Assembly (NCBI GenBank): GCA_034722055.1
Contig: JAYENL010000229.1
Span: 1-22,835, forward strand
Source of the DNA: Armatimonadota bacterium
GTDB taxonomy: Bacteria > Armatimonadota > Zipacnadia > Zipacnadales > UBA5352
Direction: 5' to 3'
Length of the DNA: 22,835 bases
The notes under the pieces were generated by a model. It was not told the origin of the DNA. It saw only the letters and a list, made by a program, of their open reading frames with translations, and did not search any database. Below, in pieces: positions 7,375 through 16,866 of this stretch (positions are counted from its first letter, which is position 1; every line of letters starts with the position of its first letter). A program made the position numbers and the translations under genes.

Positions 7375-10083
7375 TCAGCGCAGCGCCACCAGCCGCGCGC
7401 CCGCCGGCCAGCTCAGCGCCCCATCGTACGCCACGGCCTGGGTCTGCTCCCGGTCGATGAAGGCCGTGGCGCTCAGGTCGGGCTCGGGGAGCCTGAGCGT
7501 CGCCCCCGGCGTATCGCACCAGAAGTAGTAGCGATCGCCATCGCGCGCCAGCTCCCAGGAGCCGTTGAGCAGTCCCACGCGCAGGAACTGACGGCCGTTC
7601 ATGCTCACCGCGGTCTCGCCCGCGCCCGCCTCACCCATCGTGGTGACCGGCGCCTCGCCGGCCACCTCCAGTGAGAATATGGCGCGCTCACGCTCGCCCA
7701 CGTGCAGCGACTTCTCCTCGCCGGTGTTGAGCGCGATCGTGACCATCTTCAGCACCCAGCGCTCCGACTCCTCCGGGCCGCGGCCGTCGAGACTCAGCCA
7801 GCAGACCGCGCCGATGGGCGTGTCGGTGCGTACCGACATTCGCCCGGTGGCCAGCGAGGCGTTCTCCAGGGCGCCGGCGATGGCCTGGAAGGTGGGCGTG
7901 TTGACCGCCAGCAGCTCGGCCTCTTCGTTGCGGACGATCTGCCGGGTGTCGGAGACGAAGCGCGAGGTCTCCACGTAGTCGTGGGAGATGCGCTCATCGT
8001 AGAGCTGTCCCAGCGCATCCAGCGCCGCCCGCAGCTTGTCCTGCGGCTCCAGCGCGTGGTAGACCCAGGTGGCGCGGCGCATGTCGCGGACGCCGAAGGT
8101 CGCCAGGCCCCGCCCGCCGACGCCGATGGGCCTCAGGTGCTGCGCGGCCTCCACGGCCTGGAGGCTGAAGCCCGGATGCGTGGCGCGAACGCTGCGGGCT
8201 CCGGGGTCGAAGAGGGTGCCACCCCACTCGAAGGCCACGCGGGCGGCGCCAGCCGTGGGAAGGTCATAGCCGCTCTTCTCGGCCAGCGTGGCCTGGTGGC
8301 GGCGGTTGAGGAGGTCCTCGGCGCGCTGCTCGGCGCTGATGACCGCGCGCGTCCCGAGGTAGGCGGCGCCGCTGCTGAGCCCCGAGGCCACGATGAGGTC
8401 GGTCTCGTCCTCGAAGACGTCATCGAAGAAGCGCCCGCGCACGCCCGCCACGTGCGCGGCTCGAGATAGCTCCGCCAGCGTGCGCTCGCCGTTGCGGAAG
8501 AAGCTGTCAACCCGCGAGTAGCCGACCTCGAGCTGCCGTTTCGCCTCCCCGATCTCCCGTCGCAGGAAGGCCTGCGCGCCCAGCGCCGCCAGCCCCCATC
8601 GCGTGGGGTCGCGGCTGACGTCAAAGAAGCTCAGCCGCCGCGCCTGGGACCGAACGTCATAGGTGAACAAGATCATGGCGTCAACGTCCTGCAGCGCGGC
8701 GTAGGCGATGGCCTCCACCATCCCGGCCGCTCGGAACTTGTTCGGCCAGCAGACTCCCCACTCCCGCACGACGAGCGGTCGGTCGCTGAAGGCGCTGCGC
8801 GTTACCTTCGGCGCGAAGCTCTCCGTGGGGTCGCCCAGCGGCGTGTGATTGATGAAGTACATGGGCAGGCGCCACTGATTGTCCGTGAGCCGGGGGTGAT
8901 CGTAGTAGTAGCTCGTGCCGATGAAGTTCAGGCTCTCGTGGACTGAGCGGAGGTCCGGTATGCACTCGAAGTCCGTGACGGCGGTGATGGGCACCCGCAG
9001 ACCCCGGTCGCGCAGGAAGTCGCGCATCTGCGTGAAGTACTCCCGGTGCACCGAGGCGAGGAACAGCGAGAGGTCGTTGACGCGCCCCGCGCTGTGCGTG
9101 CCCGTGCCGATGCTGGTCGCAAGCTGTCCGGGCTTGGCCGCTGCCCCGTGGAGTGTGACGGTCCCCTCCTCCACCGACTCACCCTCCAGCAGCGCGCAGC
9201 GGCCCTGCCAGTCGGTCCACGCCAGCCGCAGCCCCTCGGTGTCCTCGTAGCGGGTGCGCAGCCAGAAGTTCCAGCGTCGCTGCAGCTCCTCGCGGTACGG
9301 AGAGACCAGCATTTGTCTCCGCCGCTGGGCCAGGAAGAGGCCGTTCTCGTCGCACAGCTCCACCATGCAGACCGTGGGGTCATTCGCGTAGGACAGCTCG
9401 GTCTCGGGGTTGACGTGATCCACCAGCAGCGCCCGCGCGTAGTCCATCTGCAGCTCGATGAGGCGCTCGTTGAAGACCGCGTAGGGCTTCGCGCCGCGGC
9501 CGAGCTGACTCGCGGCCGGCACGCCCTCGCGCTCGTGGAAGGTCCGGAAGTCCAGCAGGTCGAGGTAGACGTAGATGCCCCGCCTGCCGCACTCGGCGAT
9601 CCAGTGGTCGATGGCGGCGAGCTTCTGAGGATCGATGGGATCCTCGGTGCCGGCGCGCTCGGGGGGCAGCAGTCCCGTCACTCCGTCGATGTGGTGGAGG
9701 CGAACCAGGTTGAAGCCGGCGCGGGCGATGGCCTCGACTGCCGCGTCGATGCGCTCCGGGGGTTGGAACACGGACTCCTTCGCCACGTTGATGCCCCAGA
9801 AGCGGCCGCGGGTACCGTCCTCGAAGTAGAAGTTGCCGTCGCGGCCTGTGAAGAGGAAGCCCCGCGTTCCGCACGGGCCGTCGAGCAGATGGCGGAAGTC
9901 CACCAGGGAGCTGTCGGGCAGCCCCTGGGCATTCGGGTCGAGCACCGGCAGGCGCCCGCCGAGCAGGTCCGGGCGGTCGGCCTGCTGCCCGCGTGCCACC
10001 GGGCACGCACAGATAACCCCGGCGATGAGCGCTATCGCCAGGGGGAAGTGGATTGCGCGACCTCGCGGGATGATGGCAGCCAT
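7375..10083 (-). CDS. Secreted clan GH-A glycoside hydrolase (GH5/GH148-like)
   Basis: Signal-peptide-like N-terminus; RFWGINV, GFNLVRLHHID, GIYVYLDL, YANDPTVCMVELCDENGL (acid/base region), YYDHP, PLVVREW (nucleophile region), AYAALQDVDA. Confidence 0.75.
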   Translation of the reverse strand: MAAIIPRGRAIHFPLAIALIAGVICACPVARGQQADRPDLLGGRLPVLDPNAQGLPDSSLVDFRHLLDGPCGTRGFLFTGRDGNFYFEDGTRGRFWGINVAKESVFQPPERIDAAVEAIARAGFNLVRLHHIDGVTGLLPPERAGTEDPIDPQKLAAIDHWIAECGRRGIYVYLDLLDFRTFHEREGVPAASQLGRGAKPYAVFNERLIELQMDYARALLVDHVNPETELSYANDPTVCMVELCDENGLFLAQRRRQMLVSPYREELQRRWNFWLRTRYEDTEGLRLAWTDWQGRCALLEGESVEEGTVTLHGAAAKPGQLATSIGTGTHSAGRVNDLSLFLASVHREYFTQMRDFLRDRGLRVPITAVTDFECIPDLRSVHESLNFIGTSYYYDHPRLTDNQWRLPMYFINHTPLGDPTESFAPKVTRSAFSDRPLVVREWGVCWPNKFRAAGMVEAIAYAALQDVDAMILFTYDVRSQARRLSFFDVSRDPTRWGLAALGAQAFLRREIGEAKRQLEVGYSRVDSFFRNGERTLAELSRAAHVAGVRGRFFDDVFEDETDLIVASGLSSGAAYLGTRAVISAEQRAEDLLNRRHQATLAEKSGYDLPTAGAARVAFEWGGTLFDPGARSVRATHPGFSLQAVEAAQHLRPIGVGGRGLATFGVRDMRRATWVYHALEPQDKLRAALDALGQLYDERISHDYVETSRFVSDTRQIVRNEEAELLAVNTPTFQAIAGALENASLATGRMSVRTDTPIGAVCWLSLDGRGPEESERWVLKMVTIALNTGEEKSLHVGERERAIFSLEVAGEAPVTTMGEAGAGETAVSMNGRQFLRVGLLNGSWELARDGDRYYFWCDTPGATLRLPEPDLSATAFIDREQTQAVAYDGALSWPAGARLVALR

Positions 10084-10094
10084 CTCGACCCGCA

Positions 10095-10123
10095 ATGATA
10101 GCCGGAAACGCTGCGAGAGACAA
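10095..10123 (-). promoter_or_regulatory. Putative sigma70 promoter for the glycoside hydrolase/purB unit
   Basis: Minus strand TTGTCT-17 bp-TATCAT, ending 11 nt before ATG 10083. Confidence 0.55.
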
Positions 10124-10190
10124 CTGCGCTGTGGGGTCGGGGCACGAATCCGCAGCGTCGGCAGCACCCGCGGGCGATTGCCGGTTGCAC

Positions 10191-12062
10191 TCACCCGGCC
10201 AACGCTGAGATGGTGCTGCAGTGGGCGCTGCGAGCCTGGAGGCGCTCCAGGAGGTGGGGGAGCGCCACCTCGGTCTCGTCATAGCCGTTATGCAGGAGGA
10301 CGATACCTCCGTCTGCGAGCGTGCGGTCCATGGAGGCGGCGATCTCCGGGCCGCTGACACCGGAGTAGTCGCCGATGTTCTCGTTCCAGAAGACGGTGGT
10401 GAAGCCGGTGGCCGCCGCAGCGCGCCGGACGGTGCCGTCGTAGTGCCCACCGGGCGGGCGGAAGAGCGTCACCATCTCGCCGCAGGCCTGCCGGACGGCC
10501 GCCCGGCTGCGCACCAGCTCCTGCTCCACGCCCAGCCGGTCCAGCGTGCACAGGTTGCAGTGCGTGTGCGAGTGGCTGCCCAGCTCGTGGCCGCGCTCGG
10601 CGATCTCCCGCACCAGCCCCGGATACATCGCGGCCTGCTTGCCGACCACAAAGAACGTGGCGCGGTAGCCGTAGCGGTCCAGCATGTCGAGGATCTTGGG
10701 CGTCATCACCGGGTGGGGGCCGTCGTCGAAGGTCAGAGCCACCGGCCCGGGCTCAGCCAGCAGGTGGATCTCGCGTGCGCCCGCGAGCACACCCAGCCCC
10801 AGGTCCCGGTAGCCTAACAGCAGGTCCGCGCGGATGCCCGGCAGGAGCGGATCGTGGCCGAAGACGTACTCGTATGACGCGATGGCCTCGGCGTGACGGC
10901 CCGCGGCCTGCAGCGCCCGGCCCAGGAGCTGCTCGTTTGTCAGCGGCGTGGCCCGCAGCGACAGCAGCGCAGCCAGCTCCTCCCGAGCCGTCCTCCGCGC
11001 CGCCCGCTCCTCCGGTGCCAGCGTCATGGAGCCGTTGGCCACCCGCACCGGGATGGCCGCCGACGCCACCACCTGACCCTCCTCGGAGTAGGCGTCCACC
11101 CGCAGCTCCCGGACCCCATCGGGCGCCTGGCGGGTGTCGATGTGCGCCCGGAAGGGCTGCACGTTGCTGATGGCCATGAAGCGGTCGTCGAGCAGCACCG
11201 CGATGTGGCTGATGGCCAGCGTGCCATCGGTGTCAACCGCCACCTCGATGCGCTCGGACACAATGCTGCCCGCTGACGGGCGCGAGATGACCAGCGGACC
11301 CTCCGTGGGCGGCTGGGTGAGCGGACGGCCCTCCGCGGTGCCGGTCTCGTCGGCGCCCTCGGCGGCCGCGAGCATGTGCTCCGGTGCCTCGGCGAGCCGC
11401 TGGCGATCCTCCAGGCCGTGATCCGCCCAGTACTTCGCGCCCGGGGACATCAGCGCCGACGGCACCGCCAGCACTCCTGATACCGGCTCATGGCGCACCG
11501 CCGGCGGGCGGCCCAGGGCCTGCACGGCCTCCTCCGCTCTGCCCAGGCCCAGCAGCGCCGCGCCGAGCACATGGCTGGCAAGCGGATCGCCGGGGGCCTC
11601 CGCAACGGCTGGCCGAGCCTCCGTCAGCGCGCTCTCGTACAGCCCCAGTCGGCAGGCCAGCCAGGCCGCGCTGGCGCGAAGCTGGGCGCGGCGCGACTGC
11701 GCCAGCCCCAGCGCGCGCCGGTAGGCGATCATGGCCTCGTAGGCGTCTCCGTTGAGGAAGAGGCAGGCGCCCGCCCCGGCGTGGGCCGCGGGCATCCCCG
11801 GGTCCAGCACTCGGGCGCGCTCGAGGACCCCGGCGGCCTCGTCCTCGCGCCCGAGCTGCAGAAGCGCCGCCGCCGTCCCCACCAGCGCCTCGGGGCAGGA
11901 GGAATCCGCCGCCGATGCGCGCTCGAAGTGCGTCCCGGCATCCTCCCAGTGCCCGCGGTAGAGGGCCTCACATCCGGCCAGCAGGTCCTGGCCGACCGAG
12001 GCGTGCGCGAGCGCAGCCGCCGTGATGGCGGCGAAGGCGGCCGCGATAAGCGCCCCGCGCAT
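10191..12062 (-). CDS. Exported TPR + Ig-like + NodB/CE4 polysaccharide deacetylase
   Basis: Signal peptide MRGALIAAAFAAITAAALAHA; multiple TPR helices; Ig-like segment (ISRPSAGSIVS...IDTRQAPDGVRELRVDAYS); CE4 motifs TFDDGP, HSHTH, FRPPGG, IVLLH. Confidence 0.88.
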   Translation of the reverse strand: MRGALIAAAFAAITAAALAHASVGQDLLAGCEALYRGHWEDAGTHFERASAADSSCPEALVGTAAALLQLGREDEAAGVLERARVLDPGMPAAHAGAGACLFLNGDAYEAMIAYRRALGLAQSRRAQLRASAAWLACRLGLYESALTEARPAVAEAPGDPLASHVLGAALLGLGRAEEAVQALGRPPAVRHEPVSGVLAVPSALMSPGAKYWADHGLEDRQRLAEAPEHMLAAAEGADETGTAEGRPLTQPPTEGPLVISRPSAGSIVSERIEVAVDTDGTLAISHIAVLLDDRFMAISNVQPFRAHIDTRQAPDGVRELRVDAYSEEGQVVASAAIPVRVANGSMTLAPEERAARRTAREELAALLSLRATPLTNEQLLGRALQAAGRHAEAIASYEYVFGHDPLLPGIRADLLLGYRDLGLGVLAGAREIHLLAEPGPVALTFDDGPHPVMTPKILDMLDRYGYRATFFVVGKQAAMYPGLVREIAERGHELGSHSHTHCNLCTLDRLGVEQELVRSRAAVRQACGEMVTLFRPPGGHYDGTVRRAAAATGFTTVFWNENIGDYSGVSGPEIAASMDRTLADGGIVLLHNGYDETEVALPHLLERLQARSAHCSTISALAG

Positions 12063-12067
12063 TCGTC

Positions 12068-12832
12068 TCACAGCAGCGTGACCTCGCCTCCGCGCACGAC
12101 GTGGCTGTGGCCCTCGGCGTCGCGTATCTCCATGGAGCCGTCGCGACGCCATCCGGTGGCCTCACCCCGAAGGCGCACTCCGTCCACGAGCAGCTCCACG
12201 CGCCTGCCCCGCAGGCAGTCATACGGTGTAATTCGCTGCATCATCGCGCGACCCTCGCCCCTCTTCAACGCGTCATAGCTCTCGTCGAGCCTCTGCAGGA
12301 TCTCGTCCCGCAGCGCATCACGGTCGAGGGGGCGTGCGAGCTCATGCGAGAGAAAGGTGGCGCGCTGCTGAAGCTCCCGGGGGAGGTCTTCCGGCGAGCC
12401 GTTGACGTTAACACCGATGCCCACCGCCATGAGCCCCGCGCGCGAGCCCTCTCCGAGGACCCCTGCGAGCTTACGCCCGCCGACAAGGACGTCGTTCGGC
12501 CACTTGAGCTGCGGCGCCCCGCCCAGGGTCTCGATTGCCTCCGCCACGGCCAGTGCCGCTGCCGCGGTGAGTCGGCCGGGGTGCTCATCCGGCGGCTCCA
12601 CCAGGACCGTCATCAGCAGGCAGCGGCCGGGCAGATCGAGCCATCGTCGCCCAAGGCGCCCTCGGCCCCGGATCTGCGTCTGCGCCGTGACGACCGTCCC
12701 CGCCTCGGCCCCGGCCTCCGCCAGCCGCAGCGCCTCCAGGTTGGTGGAATCGAGCGCCTCGTATTGCACGAGTCTAACGCCAAGCACTCGGGTGCCCAGC
12801 GCCGGGCGCAGATCGGTGCCGTCCTCGGGCAC
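12068..12832 (-). CDS. birA: Biotin--[acetyl-CoA carboxylase] ligase, group I (no N-terminal HTH)
   Basis: LDSTN, QIRGRGRLGRRW, LKWPNDV, KLAGVL, GIGVNV and a C-terminal SH3-like domain; GGAGG before GTG. Confidence 0.93.
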   Translation of the reverse strand: MPEDGTDLRPALGTRVLGVRLVQYEALDSTNLEALRLAEAGAEAGTVVTAQTQIRGRGRLGRRWLDLPGRCLLMTVLVEPPDEHPGRLTAAAALAVAEAIETLGGAPQLKWPNDVLVGGRKLAGVLGEGSRAGLMAVGIGVNVNGSPEDLPRELQQRATFLSHELARPLDRDALRDEILQRLDESYDALKRGEGRAMMQRITPYDCLRGRRVELLVDGVRLRGEATGWRRDGSMEIRDAEGHSHVVRGGEVTLL

Positions 12833-12909
12833 GGTGGCCTCCAGGGAAGGGTTCGCATGCGGTATGACCTGGTGAGGTTAACGAAGGGCGGAGGGGCGGT
12901 GTTCCAGTG

Positions 12910-13674
12910 TCACTGCTCGAGGAGGGCGAAGTCCTCCGTGATCCAGAAGTCGCCACGGTCGTTGACGGCGATGCCCACGCCGATGGAGTCCACGCGCTCC
13001 CAGAGGATGTTCTGGGAGTGTCCGGCGCTGGCCATCAGACGATCGTGGCTGTCGATCAGGTTCTCGGGGATGAAGGACCACAGGGTCCCGCGCATGCGTG
13101 AGACGTTCTCGGCTATGGCCTTCGGCCGGCAGTTGAAGGCATTGCGGTAGCGGCGCTGCAGGGAGGAGTTCCTGCGGATGGGAGAGGCGTGGCTGAAGTA
13201 GCCCAGCTCGCACATCTCCTCACTGTGCTGGCGCGCCATCTCCGTGAGGGTGAGGTCGGGCCGGAGCATCCTCAGACGCCGCGCGGCCCGCTCCTCGTTG
13301 GCCAGGTAGATCAGCAGCGCCTCGCCCTCGGCGATCTGGCGGGTGAGGTCGTCCGGCTCGCTTTCGGGCTCCATCAGCCCCAGAAGCTGGTGCTGGGTAT
13401 AGTGGTGCCTGGCGCGCTCCTCGTCCCCCTGCCGCTGATACAGGAGGCCAAGCTCGGCATGCGGCGGCGGCCACGCCGGGGCCAGCTCCACGGCCTGCTG
13501 GACCTTGGAGAGGGCCCCGCGCTCGTCGCCGTTGCTGAGCAGCACCCGGGCGTCCGCCAGCATCTGCCTGGCCTTCGGGGGACAGGAGGTCGTCGCGCCG
13601 CGGGCGTGCGCAAGCGACGCCGCCAGCAGCGCCGCCATCACGACCGCGATCCGGCGAGCTCGCCTCACTGTCAT
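12910..13674 (-). CDS. Exported TPR + CAP (SCP/YkwD-like) domain protein
   Basis: Signal peptide; TPR (AVELAPAWPPPHAELGLLY); CAP motifs NEERAA, ARQHSEEM..YFSH, AENV, LMASAGHSQNIL, IGVGI, WITEDF; GGAGGT RBS. Confidence 0.88.
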   Translation of the reverse strand: MTVRRARRIAVVMAALLAASLAHARGATTSCPPKARQMLADARVLLSNGDERGALSKVQQAVELAPAWPPPHAELGLLYQRQGDEERARHHYTQHQLLGLMEPESEPDDLTRQIAEGEALLIYLANEERAARRLRMLRPDLTLTEMARQHSEEMCELGYFSHASPIRRNSSLQRRYRNAFNCRPKAIAENVSRMRGTLWSFIPENLIDSHDRLMASAGHSQNILWERVDSIGVGIAVNDRGDFWITEDFALLEQ

Positions 13675-13690
13675 ACCTCCGACGTCCTGC

Positions 13691-14488
13691 CTAGCCGGCG
13701 ACCGCCTGCGCTCCCATCCTCTCAGCCGCCACCAGGGCCGCGCCGGTGGCGACAACCGTCTGCGGGTCGTCGGGCACCACCAGGCCCACGTCGAGGAAGG
13801 AGGCCAGCGCCTCGGCGATGGCCGCATTCATCCCCACGCCCCCGATGAGCATCACGCGAGGCCGCACCCTCACCTGCAGGACGAGCTGAGCGTTGCGCTC
13901 CGCAACGGCCCGGCAGAGCCCCGCGGCCACCGCCTCGGGCGCGACGCCGCGGGCCAGCAGGCCCACGACCTCGGACTCGGCGAAGACCGTGCAGGTGCGC
14001 GTGATCGGTGCGGGGCGCTCCGCCGCCAGCGCCATGCGTTCCAGGCCCTCAAGGTCGGTGTCCAGGGCACCCGCCATGACCTCCAGAAAACGCCCCGTGC
14101 CCGCCGCACACCGGTCATTGAGCGCGAAGTCCAGCGGATAGCCGTCCTCGTCCACGGAGACTGCCTTGCTGTCCTGGCCCCCGATGTCGAGCACGGTGCG
14201 GACCTCAGGATCGATCAGATGCGCGCCCCGCGCCCCGCAACTGATCTCCGTCACGCTGGCCTCTACCAGGGAGATCCCATCACGCCCGTACCCGGTGGAG
14301 ACGATTGCCTTCACGCCTTCGAGGTCAGTATCGGCGGCGGCCAGCGCCTGCTGGAGCGCCCGCGCTCCGGATTCTGCGGGGCGGGACCCGCTGGGCAGAC
14401 ATGCTGTGGCGAGTATCTGCCATGATTCGGCATCCAGTACGGCCGCTTTTGCCGCCAGCGAGCCGATATCCACTCCTGCAGTGAGCAT
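13691..14488 (-). CDS. Acyl-CoA dehydratase activase (HgdC/BadF-BadG-BcrA-BcrD ASKHA ATPase, 4Fe-4S)
   Basis: GVDIGS, TGYGR, EISCGARGA, LDIGGQDSK, NDRCAAGTGRFLE, CTVFAESE, GGVGMN. Confidence 0.93.
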   Translation of the reverse strand: MLTAGVDIGSLAAKAAVLDAESWQILATACLPSGSRPAESGARALQQALAAADTDLEGVKAIVSTGYGRDGISLVEASVTEISCGARGAHLIDPEVRTVLDIGGQDSKAVSVDEDGYPLDFALNDRCAAGTGRFLEVMAGALDTDLEGLERMALAAERPAPITRTCTVFAESEVVGLLARGVAPEAVAAGLCRAVAERNAQLVLQVRVRPRVMLIGGVGMNAAIAEALASFLDVGLVVPDDPQTVVATGAALVAAERMGAQAVAG

Positions 14489-14537
14489 CCCCACGTTTCC
14501 ACCCTTCAACTGAGCTTAAGCAGAGAATAGCGCCATA

Positions 14538-14567
14538 ATTGTAGCAAAAAGAGCGGGTAGCAGTCAA
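14538..14567 (-). promoter_or_regulatory. Leftward sigma70 promoter (TTGACT-18 bp-TACAAT, extended -10 TG)
   Basis: Near-consensus elements in an AT-rich divergent intergenic region upstream of the activase gene. Confidence 0.7.
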
Positions 14568-14602
14568 TAGCTTGAGCAAAAAATAAGGTGAGATGCCCCT
14601 CG

Positions 14603-14631
14603 TTGTGCCCTCAGCGGCCCTGTGTTATAAT
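14603..14631 (+). promoter_or_regulatory. Rightward sigma70 promoter (TTGTGC-17 bp-TATAAT, extended -10 TG)
   Basis: Perfect TATAAT at 14626..14631 with 17-bp spacing, 13 nt before ATG 14645. Confidence 0.7.
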
Positions 14632-14644
14632 CGGCGGGAGCCTC

Positions 14645-16801
14645 ATGAGCGATCTCGATCCCCGTGTGGTCCTGCTCTCCCTGGGCGTCGTCGCCGCGTG
14701 CGCCGCGCTCGTGTGGTGCTGGATGCGCCTGCGAGGGCGCCCTCCGACACATGTCTCCATTCTCCTCGGCCTGCGCGTCCTCCTGCTGAGCCTGCTGCTG
14801 GCCGTGGTGGCCGATCCTGCGATCCGCCGCCAGGTGGCCGTCTCACGACCGCCGCTGCTGCTGGTGGCCGTGGACGCCTCGCGCAGCATGACGGAGCTGC
14901 CCCCGGACGGCGCCAGCCGCTACGAGCGCGCGCTGCGGGCGCTGGAGGGGGAGCTGGCCGCGGCCCTGGAGTCTGCCCGCGCAGAGCGCTACCTGCTTGG
15001 CGGCGATGCCCAGGCTGCGGCGGAGCTGCCGGAAGAGCCCCGAGGCCGGGATGAGACCGACCTGCAGGCGGCGCTCAGCGCCATGCTTCGCACCCCCCGC
15101 GCCCGTCGTCCGGCAGCCTGCCTGCTGATCTCTGATGGAGCGGACGCCACGTGGCGCCCGCCGGCACGGGTGGCGGCGGCCCTGGGCGCCTACGGCGTGC
15201 CGGTGTTCTGCATCGGCGTGGGCAGCTCCCAGCCGGTGCCCGATGTCAGCCTCCCGGGCCTGGTGGCGCCGCGCGTGGTCACTGAGGGCGATCGCTTCGA
15301 GGTGCGGGTGCTGGCACGCGCTGCGGGGCTGGCGGGCGAGCCGGTGCTGGTGCGCCTCCGCTCCGGCGAGGCGGTCGTGGCGGAGAAGGAGCTGGCGGCG
15401 GGCGAGGTCGAGCGGCCGGCGAGGTTCGAGCTCACCGCCGGCCGGCCCGGGTACCAGCGGTACGTGGTGGAGGCAGCATCCGCCGCCAGTGAGGTGACGG
15501 CGGCCAACAACCGGCGCAGCGTGGTGGTGCGCGTCGAGCCCCGCCAGGCGAGGCTGCTTGTGATCGAGGGACATCCGCGGCGGGAGTACGCCTTCCTGCG
15601 CCGGCTGCTCACGCGGGTGGAGGACCTGGAGGCGGTGATCCTGCTGCGCAAGCAGCGCCCCGCCGAGTTCTGGCTTGACGCCGAACGTCCGCGCCGGGCA
15701 GGTGGCCTCTCGGCCGCCGGCGAGCTGAACCGGTTCCGCGCCGTGGTGGTCTCCAACATCGAGGCCGCGGCGCTGGGCGGCGGCTTCGTCTCGCGGCTCG
15801 AGGACTACGTCGCTGAGGGTGGTGCGCTGGCCATGCTGGGCGGCGAGGACTCCTTCGGCGCGGGCGGATGGGATGGCACCGCCCTGGCGCCCGCAGTTCC
15901 GGTCAGGATGGAAGGCTCGATGCTCGGCGATCCCGTTGCCGTGCGCCTCGCCGGCGAGGGCGAGATGGCGCGGGCGCTGCGCCAGACGGGAATCGAGCGC
16001 TGGGAGCGCCTCCCGCTGCTGGACGGCATGAACGCCGCCGCCGGCGCGCGGCCGGGCGCTGAGGTGGCGCTTGAGGGCCTCTCCGCCGGCACCGTGCTGG
16101 GACCGGTGCTGGTCACCGGTCGCCATGGCGCGGGGCGGACGCTGGCCCTGACCGTGGCCGACACCTGGCGCTGGCGGCAGTCGCCCGGTGCCGGCGACCA
16201 CAGCCGGGCGGCGTGGGAGGCGCTGTGGACGAGCATCATTGGCTGGCTGATGGCGCCCCGCGCCGACAGACAGGTGCTGCTGGAGCTGGGCCGCGACAGC
16301 TTCGAGAGCGGCGACCTCATCCGGGCGGAGGCGCACGTGCGCGACCGCGACTTCCGGCCCATCACCGATGCGCGGGTGGAGTTGACGGTCTCCGGCCCGG
16401 CCCGCGAGCAGACACTGCTCGCCGAGCCGGCGGACGTCGAGGGCATCTACGGCGCCACGTTCCGGGCCGCCGACCCGGGCGACTACGCCCTTGCCGCCGA
16501 GGCCTACCGGGGTGAGGAGATGCTGGGGGAGGACCGGCGGCGGTTCGAGGTCATCGCGCCCATCGGCGAGCTGACGCACGCCGCGCGTCCCGAGGTCCTG
16601 GAGGCCATCGCCGGGGAGACGGGCGGGCGCTACCTGCCGATGGACCGCGCCGGCGAGATGGCCGACCTGCTGCCGCTGCAGCCCACAACCGAGCGCCGCT
16701 CGGTGACGCTCAGGCCCACGCGCACGTGGTGGTACTTCGTGCTGGTGATAGCCGTCGGCGGGCTCGACTGGCTGCTGCGCCGACGCTGGGGTATCGGGTA
16801 G
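14645..16801 (+). CDS. Membrane protein with VWA and glutamine amidotransferase-like (DUF1355-type) domains
   Basis: Two N-terminal TM helices, MIDAS VDASRSM...TDL...ISDG, NNRR, GGALAMLGG..SF, GAGRT..TWRWR, LEAIAGETGG and C-terminal DWLLRRRWG. Confidence 0.8.
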   Translation: MSDLDPRVVLLSLGVVAACAALVWCWMRLRGRPPTHVSILLGLRVLLLSLLLAVVADPAIRRQVAVSRPPLLLVAVDASRSMTELPPDGASRYERALRALEGELAAALESARAERYLLGGDAQAAAELPEEPRGRDETDLQAALSAMLRTPRARRPAACLLISDGADATWRPPARVAAALGAYGVPVFCIGVGSSQPVPDVSLPGLVAPRVVTEGDRFEVRVLARAAGLAGEPVLVRLRSGEAVVAEKELAAGEVERPARFELTAGRPGYQRYVVEAASAASEVTAANNRRSVVVRVEPRQARLLVIEGHPRREYAFLRRLLTRVEDLEAVILLRKQRPAEFWLDAERPRRAGGLSAAGELNRFRAVVVSNIEAAALGGGFVSRLEDYVAEGGALAMLGGEDSFGAGGWDGTALAPAVPVRMEGSMLGDPVAVRLAGEGEMARALRQTGIERWERLPLLDGMNAAAGARPGAEVALEGLSAGTVLGPVLVTGRHGAGRTLALTVADTWRWRQSPGAGDHSRAAWEALWTSIIGWLMAPRADRQVLLELGRDSFESGDLIRAEAHVRDRDFRPITDARVELTVSGPAREQTLLAEPADVEGIYGATFRAADPGDYALAAEAYRGEEMLGEDRRRFEVIAPIGELTHAARPEVLEAIAGETGGRYLPMDRAGEMADLLPLQPTTERRSVTLRPTRTWWYFVLVIAVGGLDWLLRRRWGIG

Positions 16802-16866
16802 GGAACATCCAGCCGCTCCGCCCGTCGAAGGACACGACCAGACCACCCTGACGCGAGGCCATAGAT

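Noticed and set aside
3959..7528. 1189-aa plus-strand ORF
   Set aside because: Antisense shadow of the kinase and purB genes in high-GC DNA; runs through repeats and has no recognisable motifs.
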